Positions 11,831 to 23,266 of a stretch of DNA of 64,000 nucleotides are shown here, piece after piece. This stretch comes from Escherichia coli (GTDB lineage Bacteria; Pseudomonadota; Gammaproteobacteria; Enterobacterales; Enterobacteriaceae), in assembly GCF_001677475.2 (NCBI RefSeq), contig NZ_CP015229.1; one strand, given 5' to 3'. The position numbers were made by a program, and so were the translations under genes. The notes under the pieces were generated by a model that was not told the origin of the DNA, did not search any database, and saw only the letters and a list, made by a program, of their open reading frames with translations. The first letter of the stretch is position 1. Every line of letters starts with the position of its first letter.

Positions 11831-12796
11831 TTACCCCCGAAAGCGGTCTTGATTCTCAAGGAACCACTGGTAAGTGCTGGCAAGCCCCGCTTCCAGTGAG
11901 ATTTCGTGATACCAGCCAAGCTGATGCAGGCGCGTCACATCCAGCAGTTTGCGCGGCGTACCATCCGGTTTACTGGCATCAAAAACCACCCGACCTTTGT
12001 AACCCACCACTTTGGCGATGGTTTGCGCCAGCTCGCGGATAGTGCAGTCAACGCCCGTGCCGACGTTAATGTGTGACAGCATCGGCTGGGTGTTTTCCAG
12101 CCAGACTTCGTGCGCCAGCTCCATCACATGAATGCTCGCCGCTGCCATATCATCGACGTGCAGAAATTCACGCATCGGTGTACCGCTGCCCCATACCACC
12201 ACGTCCGGTGCATTCTGTGCCGTCGTCTCGTGGAAGCGACGCAGCAATGCAGGTATCACATGCGAATTACTCGGATGGAAGTTGTCGTGTGGCCCGTACA
12301 GGTTGGTCGGCATGACCGAGCGGTAATCGCGTCCATACTGGCGGTTGTAAGATTCGCACAGTTTGATCCCGGCGATTTTGGCAATGGCGTAAGGCTCGTT
12401 GGTCGGCTCCAGCGTACCCTGCAATAACTCGCTTTCGGCCATCGGCTGTTTTGCCAGTTTCGGGTAGATGCAGGACGATCCGAGAAACAGCAGTTTGTTC
12501 ACGTCGTTCTGATGCGCAGCGTGAATGATGTTGCTCTCAATCATCATGTTCTGGTAGATGAAATCCGCCGGATAGGTGTTATTGGCAACAATGCCGCCCA
12601 CTTTCGCTGCCGCCAGATAAACCTGGTCAATGCGCTCGCTGGCAAAGAAATCATGCACCGCACGGCTATCCAGAAGGCTCAGCTCGTCGCGGGTGCGTAA
12701 TACCAGTTCCACATCACCGCGCTGTTCGAGCTGCCGCCTGATGGCGGAACCGACCATCCCGCGATGGCCAGCGATAAAAATGCGTTGTTTACTCAT
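11831..12796 (-). CDS. fcl: GDP-L-fucose synthase Fcl
   Basis: 321-aa [26 protein letters not shown]...; NAD(P)-binding GxxGxxG motif; synteny with gmd. Confidence 0.9.
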   Translation of the reverse strand: MSKQRIFIAGHRGMVGSAIRRQLEQRGDVELVLRTRDELSLLDSRAVHDFFASERIDQVYLAAAKVGGIVANNTYPADFIYQNMMIESNIIHAAHQNDVNKLLFLGSSCIYPKLAKQPMAESELLQGTLEPTNEPYAIAKIAGIKLCESYNRQYGRDYRSVMPTNLYGPHDNFHPSNSHVIPALLRRFHETTAQNAPDVVVWGSGTPMREFLHVDDMAAASIHVMELAHEVWLENTQPMLSHINVGTGVDCTIRELAQTIAKVVGYKGRVVFDASKPDGTPRKLLDVTRLHQLGWYHEISLEAGLASTYQWFLENQDRFRG

Positions 12797-12798
12797 GC

Positions 12799-13920
12799 TT
12801 ATGACTCCAGCGCGATCGCCACGTCGTAGCCGTGAGATTTCAGCAGAGAGTGTTTTTTCGCCGCTTCGAGGTCATTAGCCACCATTTCAGACACCATCTC
12901 TCTGAGGGTGATTTCCGGTTTCCAGCCCAGTTTTTCGTGCGCTTTGGTCGGGTCGCCAAGCAGCGTTTCAACTTCAGCCGGACGGAAGTAACGCGGGTCA
13001 ACGGCGATAATCACATCACCCGGTTTAACGCCCGGCGCGTCATGCCCGGTGACGGAAACCACAATGCCCTTCTCTTCAACACCCGTGCCTTCAAAGCGCA
13101 GTTTGATGCCCAACTGTGCTGCCGCCATTTCCACGAACTGACGTACGGAGTACTGAACGCCGGTCGCGATAACGAAATCTTCTGGCTGTTCCTGTTGCAG
13201 CATCATCCACTGCATTTTTACGTAGTCTTTGGCATGGCCCCAGTCACGCAGGGAATCCATATTGCCGAGGTACAGGCACGACTCCAGCCCCTGGGCGATG
13301 TTGGCGATTGCGCGGGTAATTTTGCGGGTAACGAAGGTTTCGCCGCGGCGCGGGGATTCATGGTTGAAGAGAATACCGTTACAGGCGTACATGCCGTAGG
13401 ATTCGCGGTAGTTAACGGTGATCCAGTAGGCGTACAGTTTGGCGACCGCATACGGAGAGCGTGGGTAGAACGGCGTGGTTTCTTTCTGCGGAATTTCCTG
13501 CACCAGACCGTACAGTTCAGAAGTGGAAGCCTGATAGAAACGAGTTTTCTTTTCCAGACCGAGGAAGCGGATCGCCTCCAGCAGGCGCAGCGTACCCATC
13601 GCATCAACGTCTGCGGTATATTCCGGTGACTCAAAAGAGACCGCAACGTGGCTCATTGCGCCCAGGTTGTAAACTTCATCCGGCTGCACTTCACGCAAAA
13701 TGCGCGTCAGGTTGGAGGTATCACTCAGGTCGCCATAATGCAGATGGAATTTCGGGTTGCAGGTGTGCGGATCCTGATAAATGTGATCCACGCGCTCGGT
13801 GTTGAATGACGATGCACGACGCTTAATACCATGCACCTCATAACCTTTTTCCAGCAGAAACTCTGCCAGGTAAGAACCGTCTTGTCCGGTTACACCGGTG
13901 ATGAGAGCGACTTTTGACAT
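12799..13920 (-). CDS. gmd: GDP-mannose 4,6-dehydratase Gmd
   Basis: 373-aa [34 protein letters not shown]...; SDR-family dehydratase. Confidence 0.9.
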
Positions 13921-13946
13921 GTCTTATTCCTCTGTATTTTTTGAAT

Positions 13947-14495
13947 TTATTCAGTTTCAACGCGTTCGCGTATCACCACTGCGGGATTCCCCCGGCAAAC
14001 CACATTTGCCGGAAGCGATTTAAAAACACTGCTTCGCGCACCCACGACGGTGCCGTCGCCGATCGTTACGCCAGGGGCAACAAAGACATCGGTTGCCAGC
14101 CAGCATTTCTCGCCAATCACAATAGGTGTGGCGTTAATGGTGAAATGTTGACTTGCATGGTCGTGGCTACCGGTGCATAAATAACTTTTTTGCGATATCA
14201 CCGAATTTGCGCCAATGGTTATTTCACCGAGGGTATATAAATTGACCTCATCGCCGACCCACACGTAATCACCTAAGGTTAATTTCCACGGATAGGTAAT
14301 TTTTACTGACGGACGAATAACTACGTTTTTTCCTATTTTTGCGCCGAATAAACGTAATAAAAATTCCCGCCAGCGATACAATACTTGTGGCGACCAGGCA
14401 AATAATGTTGCCTGTACTGCCCACCACAATTGCACTTTAATAGCGTTGCCGCCCCGGAACCCTTTCGGCACCGAGAAACCACTTAAATCCTGCAT
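13947..14495 (-). CDS. wcaF: Colanic acid acetyltransferase WcaF (hexapeptide-repeat)
   Basis: 182-aa ORF with left-handed beta-helix hexapeptide repeats (...IGANSVISQKSYLCTGSHD...). Confidence 0.85.
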   Translation of the reverse strand: MQDLSGFSVPKGFRGGNAIKVQLWWAVQATLFAWSPQVLYRWREFLLRLFGAKIGKNVVIRPSVKITYPWKLTLGDYVWVGDEVNLYTLGEITIGANSVISQKSYLCTGSHDHASQHFTINATPIVIGEKCWLATDVFVAPGVTIGDGTVVGARSSVFKSLPANVVCRGNPAVVIRERVETE

Positions 14496-14510
14496 CGTTT
14501 TCCCTTATAT

Positions 14511-15257
14511 TCAGCTTTTGTTATATAAGGCTTTCGTCTTTGAGGTAGTACGTTGGCGTAAATGCCAGGATAATTCTGCCCAGAAGCCAGGCACATGTAA
14601 TATCTGCCGTTGGACTTTTTTGGCGTCAGCACACAATTCCATATTATTGGTGGTAGATACTCCACCCATAGAAAATTCAGACACCAGGCCATTGAGTTTT
14701 CTAAATGCATAACCAGCTTTATACATTTTGGCTGCCAGCGCGTAATCGGAAGAAACTTTATATTCCAGGTCATAACGCCATTTTTTCAAACCGGATACCG
14801 GGAAAAATATCGCCTGATGACTGGCGGGCAGGCTGTGATAAATATACCAGCCCGGTTTGGCGCTACGTTTAATTTTATGCCCGTCGCCAAAATCCAGCAG
14901 CGCATCGCCGGTGATCATCACGTTATCTTTTTGCATTTTTAACTTACGGACAAAAATTGCGGCATCCTGATGAAAAATATCGCCCGAGTTGAGAAACAAC
15001 GCGAACTTGCCTTGTGCCATCGCAATGCCCTTGTTCATGGCGTCGTAGATACCGTTATCTGGCTCGCTGACAAAGCGTAGGTTATAGATACCATTGAGGT
15101 TTTCCAGATACTCACGGGTGCCGTCGTTGGAACCGCCATCGACAACAATCCATTCGAAGCTGATATCGTCAGCCTGCGCCAGATGCGCCAGCGAGGCATG
15201 TGTTTTGACTATCCCTTCGAGGTTACGAAACGCGACAGTGATTATGCTAAGCAACAT
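14511..15257 (-). CDS. wcaE: Colanic acid glycosyltransferase WcaE (GT2 family)
   Basis: 248-aa [26 protein letters not shown]...; GT2 DxD-type fold; AT-richer than neighbours. Confidence 0.85.
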   Translation of the reverse strand: MLLSIITVAFRNLEGIVKTHASLAHLAQADDISFEWIVVDGGSNDGTREYLENLNGIYNLRFVSEPDNGIYDAMNKGIAMAQGKFALFLNSGDIFHQDAAIFVRKLKMQKDNVMITGDALLDFGDGHKIKRSAKPGWYIYHSLPASHQAIFFPVSGLKKWRYDLEYKVSSDYALAAKMYKAGYAFRKLNGLVSEFSMGGVSTTNNMELCADAKKVQRQILHVPGFWAELSWHLRQRTTSKTKALYNKS

Positions 15258-15267
15258 GTTCTTATTC

Positions 15268-16485
15268 TTACCTCGTAATATTTAACGCTTTTCGCAAAAT
15301 AAACGGACAGACGATTAAAAAAGCATATTCCGGGCTAAATATCGAACCGGTAAAAAACAGCGATACCGGAGTGAAAAGATATAATTGCACGCGAAAATTG
15401 CGATTATCACCAAAAGCGTTGATCATCATTTTTATCACTTTTCCCATGTACCACAGCGATAAAAACACTGCGAACCAGGAAAAATAAATAATCAGCAGAT
15501 ACAAACCATTGTCTATGGTTTTTCCGACATCCGCACCGTTAAATATTCCGAATGATGCGACATATTCATAAAGTGAGCCAAATCTGACTACACCGTCAAT
15601 ATGGGTCAAAGAATAACCGACCATCACCAGCGGACCGACAATACGATAATACGATGACGATCCTTCCGTACCTAAATCACCCAGACGGGTGGAAATATAA
15701 GGAAACGCGATTACCACACCAACCAGGAATACAGCCAGAGAAATCAATGCTAACGGTAACTTTTTCTTAATCGCCTCTTTATTCAGATATTGAAATACCC
15801 ACTCCAGCAAATAAAAAAGGATAAAGGTCATAACCCCTGAAAACGATCCGGATAATATTATCCCTGCGAGAATCATAGCATCTGTTTTAGGCGTTTTGAT
15901 ACCAAACTGTTTGATGCTGAGCCAAATTGAGATTAATGCCAGAGCGAAAAATGCCGGTTCGAAATAAAGTGCTGTCGTGCGCTTGCCACCGAATTTAATG
16001 AAATTCAGTACATAGCTGTTGCTGTAAATCAGATATTTCGAAATCGACTCCATAATACTGCTGCCGCCGGTGAGGATAATTTGCGCCATCTCCACCGCCG
16101 CCAGCGCCACCACCAACCCGACCACCAGATAAAAAAAGCGTAATATCTTGCGGTGGTTGTGGGGCGAAATCGTTTTAAAGCGAATACTCCACACCATGCC
16201 AATAATGATCACAATATAGACAAACAGCATGGTTGAAGTGACGTATTTACTGGCATCCAACGACTGACCAAACAGGTAGTTAAACGCCGTGAGTCCCGCA
16301 CCAATCCCTAAGGCAATCATCAATTTTTTAACGCTGATGCGCTCTAAAAACAGCAGTAACAAGACAGGTAAAAAAGTGACGATGGTGATGGGAAAACTTT
16401 CGCCAAGCTGGGCGATTTTGACGTTAACCAGCAGGTAGATCAGCGGCAGCAGCAGGTAGCTACAGATTCTGATAGAAGTTGACAT
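15268..16485 (-). CDS. wcaD: Colanic acid polymerase WcaD (Wzy-like)
   Basis: Polytopic membrane ORF; start trimmed to [21 protein letters not shown]... (405 aa); overlaps 3' end of wcaC by 26 bp; AT-rich. Confidence 0.8.
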   Translation of the reverse strand: MSTSIRICSYLLLPLIYLLVNVKIAQLGESFPITIVTFLPVLLLLFLERISVKKLMIALGIGAGLTAFNYLFGQSLDASKYVTSTMLFVYIVIIIGMVWSIRFKTISPHNHRKILRFFYLVVGLVVALAAVEMAQIILTGGSSIMESISKYLIYSNSYVLNFIKFGGKRTTALYFEPAFFALALISIWLSIKQFGIKTPKTDAMILAGIILSGSFSGVMTFILFYLLEWVFQYLNKEAIKKKLPLALISLAVFLVGVVIAFPYISTRLGDLGTEGSSSYYRIVGPLVMVGYSLTHIDGVVRFGSLYEYVASFGIFNGADVGKTIDNGLYLLIIYFSWFAVFLSLWYMGKVIKMMINAFGDNRNFRVQLYLFTPVSLFFTGSIFSPEYAFLIVCPFILRKALNITR

Positions 16486-17677
16486 ACTCCTCCAGCATCT
16501 GTTGTCCACTGTAGGCGGCACGGCTGCGTTGGCTGAACTCAGCCAGCGTGGTACCAAATACCGCCTGCGCGATTTCCGGTTTGCTTAACTGGACCAGTTG
16601 CAGCACCTCTTCTTCGCTGACGGTTTTACCGCCGGATTTTTGCAACACTTCACGCGCCGCGTCGCTATGGGTGGCAATCACCGGCACGCCAATTGATAAC
16701 GCCTCACACAAAATCAGTGGGTAGTTATCGACACGAGAACTGAACACCAGCGCATCCATCTGATTGAGCGCGCTCATCAGCTTACGTTTGTCGGTTTCAA
16801 AGCCGTGATTGACCACGTTGCCAGCGGTGAACGGCGAGAACTTACCAAAGGTATGCAGTTCGATTTTGTCGTCCAGCGCCATCATCTCGCGCACCAGTTG
16901 CTGGTTAGTTTTGCCGTCGTAACGCAGGTCATGCGCTACCACCGCGATTTTCGGCTTGCCCTGAGTTTCGCGCACCGGAGGCAGATCCGCCAGAATCGCT
17001 TCGGTTGCCATATCAATACCGTTATTGATAATCCGGCAACGCCCTGGGCCATACAGGCTATTGAAAGCGTCAGCCACATGCTGGCTGGGGGAAATAAACT
17101 GACAGCCCAGTGCCAGCATCTCACGGAATAACTGGCGTTTGCCCGCCACCAGCTGGCGCGCGCGATCAATCTTCACCGGCGGATAATTATTTAAGGTCGG
17201 GCATTTCTGGCAGCTCGTTTTCCAGCCTTCGCAACCGTCGGTAAAGGCGCAGCGTCCGGTAACGCTCCAGTGGTCGTGCAGCGTCCAGACCAGTGTGATA
17301 TCCGGTTTATGGTTTTTCACTTTTTCGCAAAAGCGCACCACGCTCTTAAGATTCAACCAATAGCTGTGCAGCACATGAAAATGCAGAACCAGCGGACCCG
17401 GTGTGCGAGTAATGGTGCGATATAACTCATTGAAATTACCGAACAGATCGCGATTAAACAGACGAAACAACGCAATGTTCGCCATCGCGGTCATCCGCGG
17501 CGTATGTTTGATGACCTGCGGGTAGTTCTGATGGCTGACGCTCTCTTTGCCGCCTTTGCCGTAGCCGTAGACAAAATGTGACGCCAGCCCCTGTTGCAGC
17601 GCGCGCTGGTGGAGATCTAACGCCACACCTGCCGCCCCGCCTTCCGCCAGTCGCACATTAAATTGCAGAATATTCAT
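16460..17677 (-). CDS. wcaC: Colanic acid glycosyltransferase WcaC (GT4 family)
   Basis: 405-aa ORF MNILQFNVRLAEGGAAGVALDLHQ... Confidence 0.9.
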   Translation of the reverse strand: MNILQFNVRLAEGGAAGVALDLHQRALQQGLASHFVYGYGKGGKESVSHQNYPQVIKHTPRMTAMANIALFRLFNRDLFGNFNELYRTITRTPGPLVLHFHVLHSYWLNLKSVVRFCEKVKNHKPDITLVWTLHDHWSVTGRCAFTDGCEGWKTSCQKCPTLNNYPPVKIDRARQLVAGKRQLFREMLALGCQFISPSQHVADAFNSLYGPGRCRIINNGIDMATEAILADLPPVRETQGKPKIAVVAHDLRYDGKTNQQLVREMMALDDKIELHTFGKFSPFTAGNVVNHGFETDKRKLMSALNQMDALVFSSRVDNYPLILCEALSIGVPVIATHSDAAREVLQKSGGKTVSEEEVLQLVQLSKPEIAQAVFGTTLAEFSQRSRAAYSGQQMLEEYVNFYQNL

Positions 17678-18162
17678 TTAATTACCTTCACTCGCGCTTT
17701 TTCTCCCACCACCAGCGCGTTGTCCGGGACAGAGTCGAGCACCACGCTGCCCGCGCCCACGGTGACGTTGTTACCAAGCGTGATATCACCAAGAATAATG
17801 ACGTTGGCACCGAGTTCGACACCGTTACCAATGTGTGGACATGCCATGTTATCGGCACCCCGATTGCCGATAGTGACGCCGTGGCGAATGGTGAAATCAT
17901 CCCCCGCGACCACGTTTTTATTGATCACTACGGCGTAACCGTGATGGATAGTAAAGCGTCGGCCAATGGTCGCGGCGGCCTGGATTTCATAACCGAAAAA
18001 GCATTCGGTGATAATGCGATACAGCACCAGCAGCGGGGCCGCCCACAGATTGTTGAGGACGTTCTTTTTGCGCCACACCGAACAAAAATGAGCAACGCGA
18101 TAGGCAAGAACCATGCAGCACGGGCGTAAACTCCAGCTGTTGGCGCGCAGATCTTCCAGCAT
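17674..18162 (-). CDS. wcaB: Colanic acid acetyltransferase WcaB (serine acetyltransferase-like)
   Basis: 162-aa ORF with hexapeptide repeats (...IGNRGADNMACPHIGNGVELGANVIILGDITLG...). Confidence 0.9.
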   Translation of the reverse strand: MLEDLRANSWSLRPCCMVLAYRVAHFCSVWRKKNVLNNLWAAPLLVLYRIITECFFGYEIQAAATIGRRFTIHHGYAVVINKNVVAGDDFTIRHGVTIGNRGADNMACPHIGNGVELGANVIILGDITLGNNVTVGAGSVVLDSVPDNALVVGEKARVKVIK

Positions 18163-18164
18163 CC

Positions 18165-19004
18165 TTAACGCCCCCGTATTCCATCAGCCAGACGTTTGCC
18201 GTTACGCACCGACAGTAGCGTCAACAAAGTCCGCCAGGTCATGCGTTTATTGCGGATCTGGTAGAGGGTAAACAATTGATATTTTTTGCTGGCGCGGTCA
18301 AATTTGTCTTTGTGCTTGCGGTAAAAGTGGAAGTATCCGGAGAATTTTTTCGGTGACGAGGTGATCTGCATTTCACCGTGATTGATATGCAGGATCTGCG
18401 TCGCTTCTTCCACTTTCCACGGTTCGCCATACTCCACCACCATCCGCAGGAAGATGTCGTAATCCTGTGCCGCTTTCAGTTCGGTATCGAACAAACACTC
18501 TTTGAAACGCCACGCCCAGGTAAAGACCTGATTGCCAATGATATTGCGTTTATAGAACAGGCGGCGTGAATAGGGTGATTTGGGATACAGCGGCAAACTT
18601 GCTGGTTGGGAATAGACTTCGCCCTGGCAAACGTAGTCGTTGGCGTACAAAAAGGCGTGAGTGACCAGTTGCTGCTTATGGGCGAGGAAGACGCTCAGGC
18701 GGTTGGGCGTCCATTCATCATCGTCATCGATCCCGGTGATGTATTCCCCTTGCGCCCGCATAATTGCCTGGTTACGTACCGCGCACGCTCCGCTGTTAAT
18801 ATCGTTGTGAATGTAAGTAATACGCGGATCGTTGAGGGCGGTGACGTACTGTTGCAGTTGTTCCCAGGAGGTGGAGCAATCATCCACGATGATCATCTCC
18901 CAGTTACTGTAGTCCTGGCGCAGGACCGATTTTATCGCCCGAATCGCCAGTTGTTGGCGGTTCCAGGTCGGCATATAGATTGAGATCAGCGGATTTTCTT
19001 TCAT
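18165..19004 (-). CDS. wcaA: Colanic acid glycosyltransferase WcaA (GT2 family)
   Basis: 279-aa ORF MKENPLISIYMPTWNRQQLAIRAIKSVLRQ... with DDD motif (GIDDDDEW). Confidence 0.9.
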   Translation of the reverse strand: MKENPLISIYMPTWNRQQLAIRAIKSVLRQDYSNWEMIIVDDCSTSWEQLQQYVTALNDPRITYIHNDINSGACAVRNQAIMRAQGEYITGIDDDDEWTPNRLSVFLAHKQQLVTHAFLYANDYVCQGEVYSQPASLPLYPKSPYSRRLFYKRNIIGNQVFTWAWRFKECLFDTELKAAQDYDIFLRMVVEYGEPWKVEEATQILHINHGEMQITSSPKKFSGYFHFYRKHKDKFDRASKKYQLFTLYQIRNKRMTWRTLLTLLSVRNGKRLADGIRGR

Positions 19005-19035
19005 AGGTTGTTCTCCCGACTTATGAGCTGGTTTG

Positions 19036-19078
19036 CTTGCCGGATGCGGCGTGAACGCCTTATCCGGCCTACGGGGCG
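19036..19078. repeat. REP element
   Basis: gcttgccggatgcggcgtgaacgccttatccggcctacgggg between wzc stop and wcaA start. Confidence 0.75.
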
Positions 19079-19096
19079 GTGCGAATGCAGGTGTCG

Positions 19097-21259
19097 TTAT
19101 TTCGCGTCCGACTTATATTCGTATTCGTAATAGCCATAATCCTGATACGCGCTGGCGCGGCGGAAGATGGAGTTCAGAATCACCCCTTTCACCGGAATAC
19201 CGTTTTGCTCAAAGCGGCTCAGACTGGTTTCCACTTCTTTCAATGTGTTGACCGCATAACGCGCCACCATTAACGTGGTTCCAACATGACGACCAACAAT
19301 TGCCGCATCGGTCACTGCCAGAATCGGCGGCGTATCAATCAACACCAGGTCGTAGTTTTTACTCGCCCAGTTCACCAGTTCGGCAAAGCGTTCGCTCATC
19401 AACAGTTCAGAAGGATTTGGCGGTACCTGACCGCGCGGGATCAGGTCAAATTTGGCAATAGAGGTCGGTTTAGCAGCGGTAGTAATATCGCCCTGACCAA
19501 TCAGAATTTCCGACAGGCCATTGACGTTATTGGTGCCCAACAGCTCGTGGGTGTAGCCTTTGCGCATATCGCAGTCGATCAACAACACCCGTTTATTGGT
19601 CTGACTGATCACCGCCGCCAGGTTAGCGCAGACAAAGGTTTTACCGATTGACGGGCTAACCCCGGTCATCATCAACACATTGTTCTGCGCCTGCATCATC
19701 GCGAAGTGCAGACTGGTACGCAGACTGCGGATGGCTTCAATCGCCAGATCGGTTGGATTCCCCACCGCCAGTAGCTGGCTCTGTTTATAGCGTTTAATCC
19801 CTTTGATGGTTTTGACGCTATCGCGCGCTTTCTGCCATTCCGACAGCGGGATGCTGGCATAGACGCTGATACCGTGTTCTTCCAGCACCTGCGGGCTTTC
19901 GATGCCACGATTAAACAACGAGCGCAGCAGTACACCCACGATAGAGAGCATCAGGCCGAGGATAATCGCCCCGAGGATAATCAGCCCTTTCTTCGGTTTC
20001 AGCACACCAGGCTGGGTGATTGCCGGGTCAACAATGCGCACATCGCCGACGGTGCTGGCTTCGGTGATTTTCAGCTCCTGTTCTTTATTCAGCAGTTGCA
20101 TATAGACCTGCTGACCAGACTCGACATCGCGGGTCAGACGGACAATTTCCTGCTGGGTTTTCGGCATCGCCGTTACGCGCCCGTTAAGTTTGGCTTTTTC
20201 GTCTTCCAGCGCCTGCCGTTTCTCCAGCAGCGTGCGGTACGCCGGATGAACTTTGGTGAACAGCTTGGAGATTTCCGCCTCTTTAAAGGTCAGTTCGTTC
20301 AGCTGCGCGTCGATGTTCACCATCGAATCGAGCACCGCTTTCGCTTCCAGCGGCAGATCAACAGAATCTTTATCCTGACGGAAGGCATTCAGTTTGTTTT
20401 CGGCAACATCGAGGCGGCTACGTACTTCCGGTAACTGTTGCGCGAGGAAAGCGAGGCTTTTCGACGCTTCCGCCGATTTGCGCTCAATATTTTGTTCCTG
20501 ATAGTTACGGGCGATGCTGTTAAGAATGTCGCGGATCTGTTCGCGATCTTCACCGGTATAAGTCAGGCTCAGTACGCCTGCGTCTTTGCCGTTCTCCGTT
20601 ACCGTCAGGCTGTTTTGCAGTTGGTTGATCATCCCCAGCGTGGAGTATTTGGTGATGGTAAACTCACTGCCCGGGCTAGCGTGAATAGCTTCAACCATCA
20701 GCGTGACGCCTTCTTTTGTCAGCATCTGGCCCGCTTGCCCACGGGCGCTAAAGCCGCCATCGCTGCTCAGAGTGTAGTTTTTATCGTCCAGCACATTAAG
20801 CGTAAACACCTGATCCGCCATCTCTTTCGGACGGTTAAAGGTGGTCACTTTCACCGTTTCGTTCTGACTTCCCATCAGGCGATCCCAGCCCGCACCGAAA
20901 ATCGGGAACGTGTTTTTGCTCACCGCAATATCGAGGTCGAGATCGTCCACCGTTTTACCAAGCACCAGGCGCGAACGAATCAACTGGATCTCGGCGTCCG
21001 ATGCAGGCGGTTTGTTGGCTAACGCCGATCCGATATCCTGCACTAACGAATTGCCGCTGCTTTGCTCGATTTGTACCAGTGCGTCGGCACTATAAATCGG
21101 CGTGGCGAAGAAGGTGTAAACCACGGCACAGAGGGCGAATACGGTGGTGATGCCAATCACCCACCAGCGCGCTTCAATGACGGTGCCGACCAGGCGACCA
21201 ATATCGATTTCATCACTGCCCGTTACCGGAGCGGCATGTTGTTTTACTTTTTCTGTCAT
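19097..21259 (-). CDS. wzc: Tyrosine autokinase Wzc (polysaccharide co-polymerase)
   Basis: ORF 19097..21295 trimmed to MTEKVKQHAAPVTGSDEIDIG... (720 aa); Walker A (GVSPSIGKT) and C-terminal Tyr-rich tail YGYYEYEYKSDAK. Confidence 0.9.
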   Translation of the reverse strand: MTEKVKQHAAPVTGSDEIDIGRLVGTVIEARWWVIGITTVFALCAVVYTFFATPIYSADALVQIEQSSGNSLVQDIGSALANKPPASDAEIQLIRSRLVLGKTVDDLDLDIAVSKNTFPIFGAGWDRLMGSQNETVKVTTFNRPKEMADQVFTLNVLDDKNYTLSSDGGFSARGQAGQMLTKEGVTLMVEAIHASPGSEFTITKYSTLGMINQLQNSLTVTENGKDAGVLSLTYTGEDREQIRDILNSIARNYQEQNIERKSAEASKSLAFLAQQLPEVRSRLDVAENKLNAFRQDKDSVDLPLEAKAVLDSMVNIDAQLNELTFKEAEISKLFTKVHPAYRTLLEKRQALEDEKAKLNGRVTAMPKTQQEIVRLTRDVESGQQVYMQLLNKEQELKITEASTVGDVRIVDPAITQPGVLKPKKGLIILGAIILGLMLSIVGVLLRSLFNRGIESPQVLEEHGISVYASIPLSEWQKARDSVKTIKGIKRYKQSQLLAVGNPTDLAIEAIRSLRTSLHFAMMQAQNNVLMMTGVSPSIGKTFVCANLAAVISQTNKRVLLIDCDMRKGYTHELLGTNNVNGLSEILIGQGDITTAAKPTSIAKFDLIPRGQVPPNPSELLMSERFAELVNWASKNYDLVLIDTPPILAVTDAAIVGRHVGTTLMVARYAVNTLKEVETSLSRFEQNGIPVKGVILNSIFRRASAYQDYGYYEYEYKSDAK

Positions 21260-21261
21260 TC

Positions 21262-21705
21262 TTATACCTGCTCTGCGTTCAATGCCTGCGCCCACTGGCG
21301 GGCAGACCGTTCAAGTAATGTGTACACCGCTGCAAACGTTTCCCGGCTTTTGCGATACGGATCGGGGATTTCACATTCGTTATCCCAGTGACCAAACAGC
21401 ATCACTTTGCCGCGCATCTCAGGTGCCATCTCGCATAAGCGTTCGATATGGCGCTTTTCCATGGTCAAAATCAGGTCATAGTTGCGACACAGACGGCGGC
21501 TGATTTGCCGTGCACAGTGACCTTCCAGAGACAGTTGATGTTCTGCGGCGACGCTGATAGCGGTAGGATCAGCGCCCTTACCGACCAGCGCGCCGAGTCC
21601 AGCGGACTCCACTTTCAGCTCCGGGTGATAACGTTGCAGTAAGCGTTCCGCCGTCGGGGAACGGCAAATATTGCCGACACAGACAACTAAGATGTTGTTA
21701 AACAT
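21262..21705 (-). CDS. wzb: Low-molecular-weight protein-tyrosine phosphatase Wzb
   Basis: 147-aa ORF MFNNILVVCVGNICRSPTAERLL... with CX5R P-loop. Confidence 0.9.
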   Translation of the reverse strand: MFNNILVVCVGNICRSPTAERLLQRYHPELKVESAGLGALVGKGADPTAISVAAEHQLSLEGHCARQISRRLCRNYDLILTMEKRHIERLCEMAPEMRGKVMLFGHWDNECEIPDPYRKSRETFAAVYTLLERSARQWAQALNAEQV

Positions 21706-21710
21706 GACGA

Positions 21711-22850
21711 TTACCAGTTATGAATGTCGCTGGCTGTATCCGTCATGTAACGGACACCGCTAATAGTTGGCAGCAACTGATTGATCAGACGGTTCCAGCG
21801 GGAAACCGGGGCGGTGGTGACATACACCACGTCATAAGGTTGCAGGCGGAATTCTGTCGCCATCACCAGCGACGTCGCATCGGACATATCCAGCTGGTAG
21901 ATATTGGCAATCTTGCCGTTACGCCCGCCCTCGCCTTTCAGCGGACGAATGACAAAGATGCCGCTGGCGTTGGAGGTGGTCATGTCGATACCTTCGGCAT
22001 TGCCCAGAGCTTCAGTCAGGGTCATGCCGCTAAAGTCCATTTTCAGGGTGCTCTGTTTCTTCACTTCACCCATCACAAATACTTTCAGATCATCATTACG
22101 CGGCACGTAGAGAATATCGCCGGGATAAAGCAGTCGGTTCTGATTGAGGTCGCCGTTTTGCATCAGCGCCTGCAAAGAAATGCGTTCTTCACGACCATTG
22201 TGTGTTAGCACCACGTTGCGCCAGTCAGCGGTGTCGGTCAGGCCACCTGCGGCGTTGATGGCATCGAGAATGGTCAGTGGCACGTTGGTGATCGCCTGTT
22301 GACCGGATTTATTCACCTGACCGGAGATATAGGCCTTTTGCGAGCGGAAGGCGGCGATATTAACGTCCACCTGCGGGTCAGCGATGTACGTCGCTAAGCG
22401 CCCGGTAATATCACTGCGGATTTCAGCGAGCGTTTTCCCCACGACGTGAACCTTGCCGATATACGGGTAGAACATAGTGCCGTCAGGCTGTACCCAGTTG
22501 CCGGTGTCGCTGGAGCTGCGGTACTGACCGGCTGGCGTGGTGAGTTCCGGGTGATCCCAGACGGTGACATTAAGAACGTCCCCCGGCCCGACGCGATACT
22601 GGTAATTCGCGATCTCACTTTCCAGCGTCATATTGGGGCGCGCTACATTCGGGCGTGGGCGTAATTGGTCAATCAGGCGCGGGGTCAGCGGATAAACATT
22701 CACCATTTTGTCGAGATCGAAATCAGCGTCCTGCTGTTTGATGACGTCTTTCCCCATCGTCGACATATTGCTGCCCGGAAGTACTGTGCAACCGCTTATC
22801 AAGGTTACTGACACCAATAATGGCATCAATTTCATTTTGGATTTCATCAT
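21711..22850 (-). CDS. wza: Outer-membrane polysaccharide export lipoprotein Wza
   Basis: 379-aa ORF with lipoprotein signal (...[10 protein letters not shown]...); first gene of the cps operon. Confidence 0.9.
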   Translation of the reverse strand: MMKSKMKLMPLLVSVTLISGCTVLPGSNMSTMGKDVIKQQDADFDLDKMVNVYPLTPRLIDQLRPRPNVARPNMTLESEIANYQYRVGPGDVLNVTVWDHPELTTPAGQYRSSSDTGNWVQPDGTMFYPYIGKVHVVGKTLAEIRSDITGRLATYIADPQVDVNIAAFRSQKAYISGQVNKSGQQAITNVPLTILDAINAAGGLTDTADWRNVVLTHNGREERISLQALMQNGDLNQNRLLYPGDILYVPRNDDLKVFVMGEVKKQSTLKMDFSGMTLTEALGNAEGIDMTTSNASGIFVIRPLKGEGGRNGKIANIYQLDMSDATSLVMATEFRLQPYDVVYVTTAPVSRWNRLINQLLPTISGVRYMTDTASDIHNW

Positions 22851-23028
22851 TGTTTATTTATCACTTTGGCAGAGTAATTATCCTGTGCACTATTAATAGC
22901 AATGTCGCCATGCACATTTACCTTGCAGTTAATTGAATAAAAATTTAACTGGCATCAGTCCTAAAAAAATTGATTTCATCCGCAGGCTATTGACAGAATA
23001 ATTCAGACTGGTCTTTCAGGCATCCAGA

Positions 23029-23040
23029 CACGCTACCGCC
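23029..23040 (-). promoter_or_regulatory. ops element (GGCGGTAGCGTG) inside the JUMPstart of the cps leader; RfaH recruitment site
   Basis: Plus strand reads cacgctaccgcc, so the minus (cps-sense) strand reads ggcggtagcgtg, about 180 nt upstream of the wza ATG in the untranslated leader. Confidence 0.7.
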
Positions 23041-23252
23041 CCTGGCTTTTAGCTACCAATACACTGATTTAGCTTAATTTTTAAAACCCTCTCAACATAC
23101 AGTCGTTGATGAGAAAGGGTTATTGCGGAAATTAACTTCCGAATATAAGGTGACATTATGGTAATTGAATATTGGCTCTCCAATAATGCAGGAGGAAGTG
23201 TTACAGCTAACGGAATAGCAGGCAAGGTAACAATTCGGCAATTGGCTATTTT

Positions 23253-23266
23253 TAAGAATTATATTA
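23253..23266. promoter_or_regulatory. Candidate RcsAB box upstream of the cps promoter
   Basis: taagaattatatta resembles RcsAB consensus TaAGaatatTCctA (partial match); AT-rich region upstream of the ops-containing leader. Confidence 0.3.
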
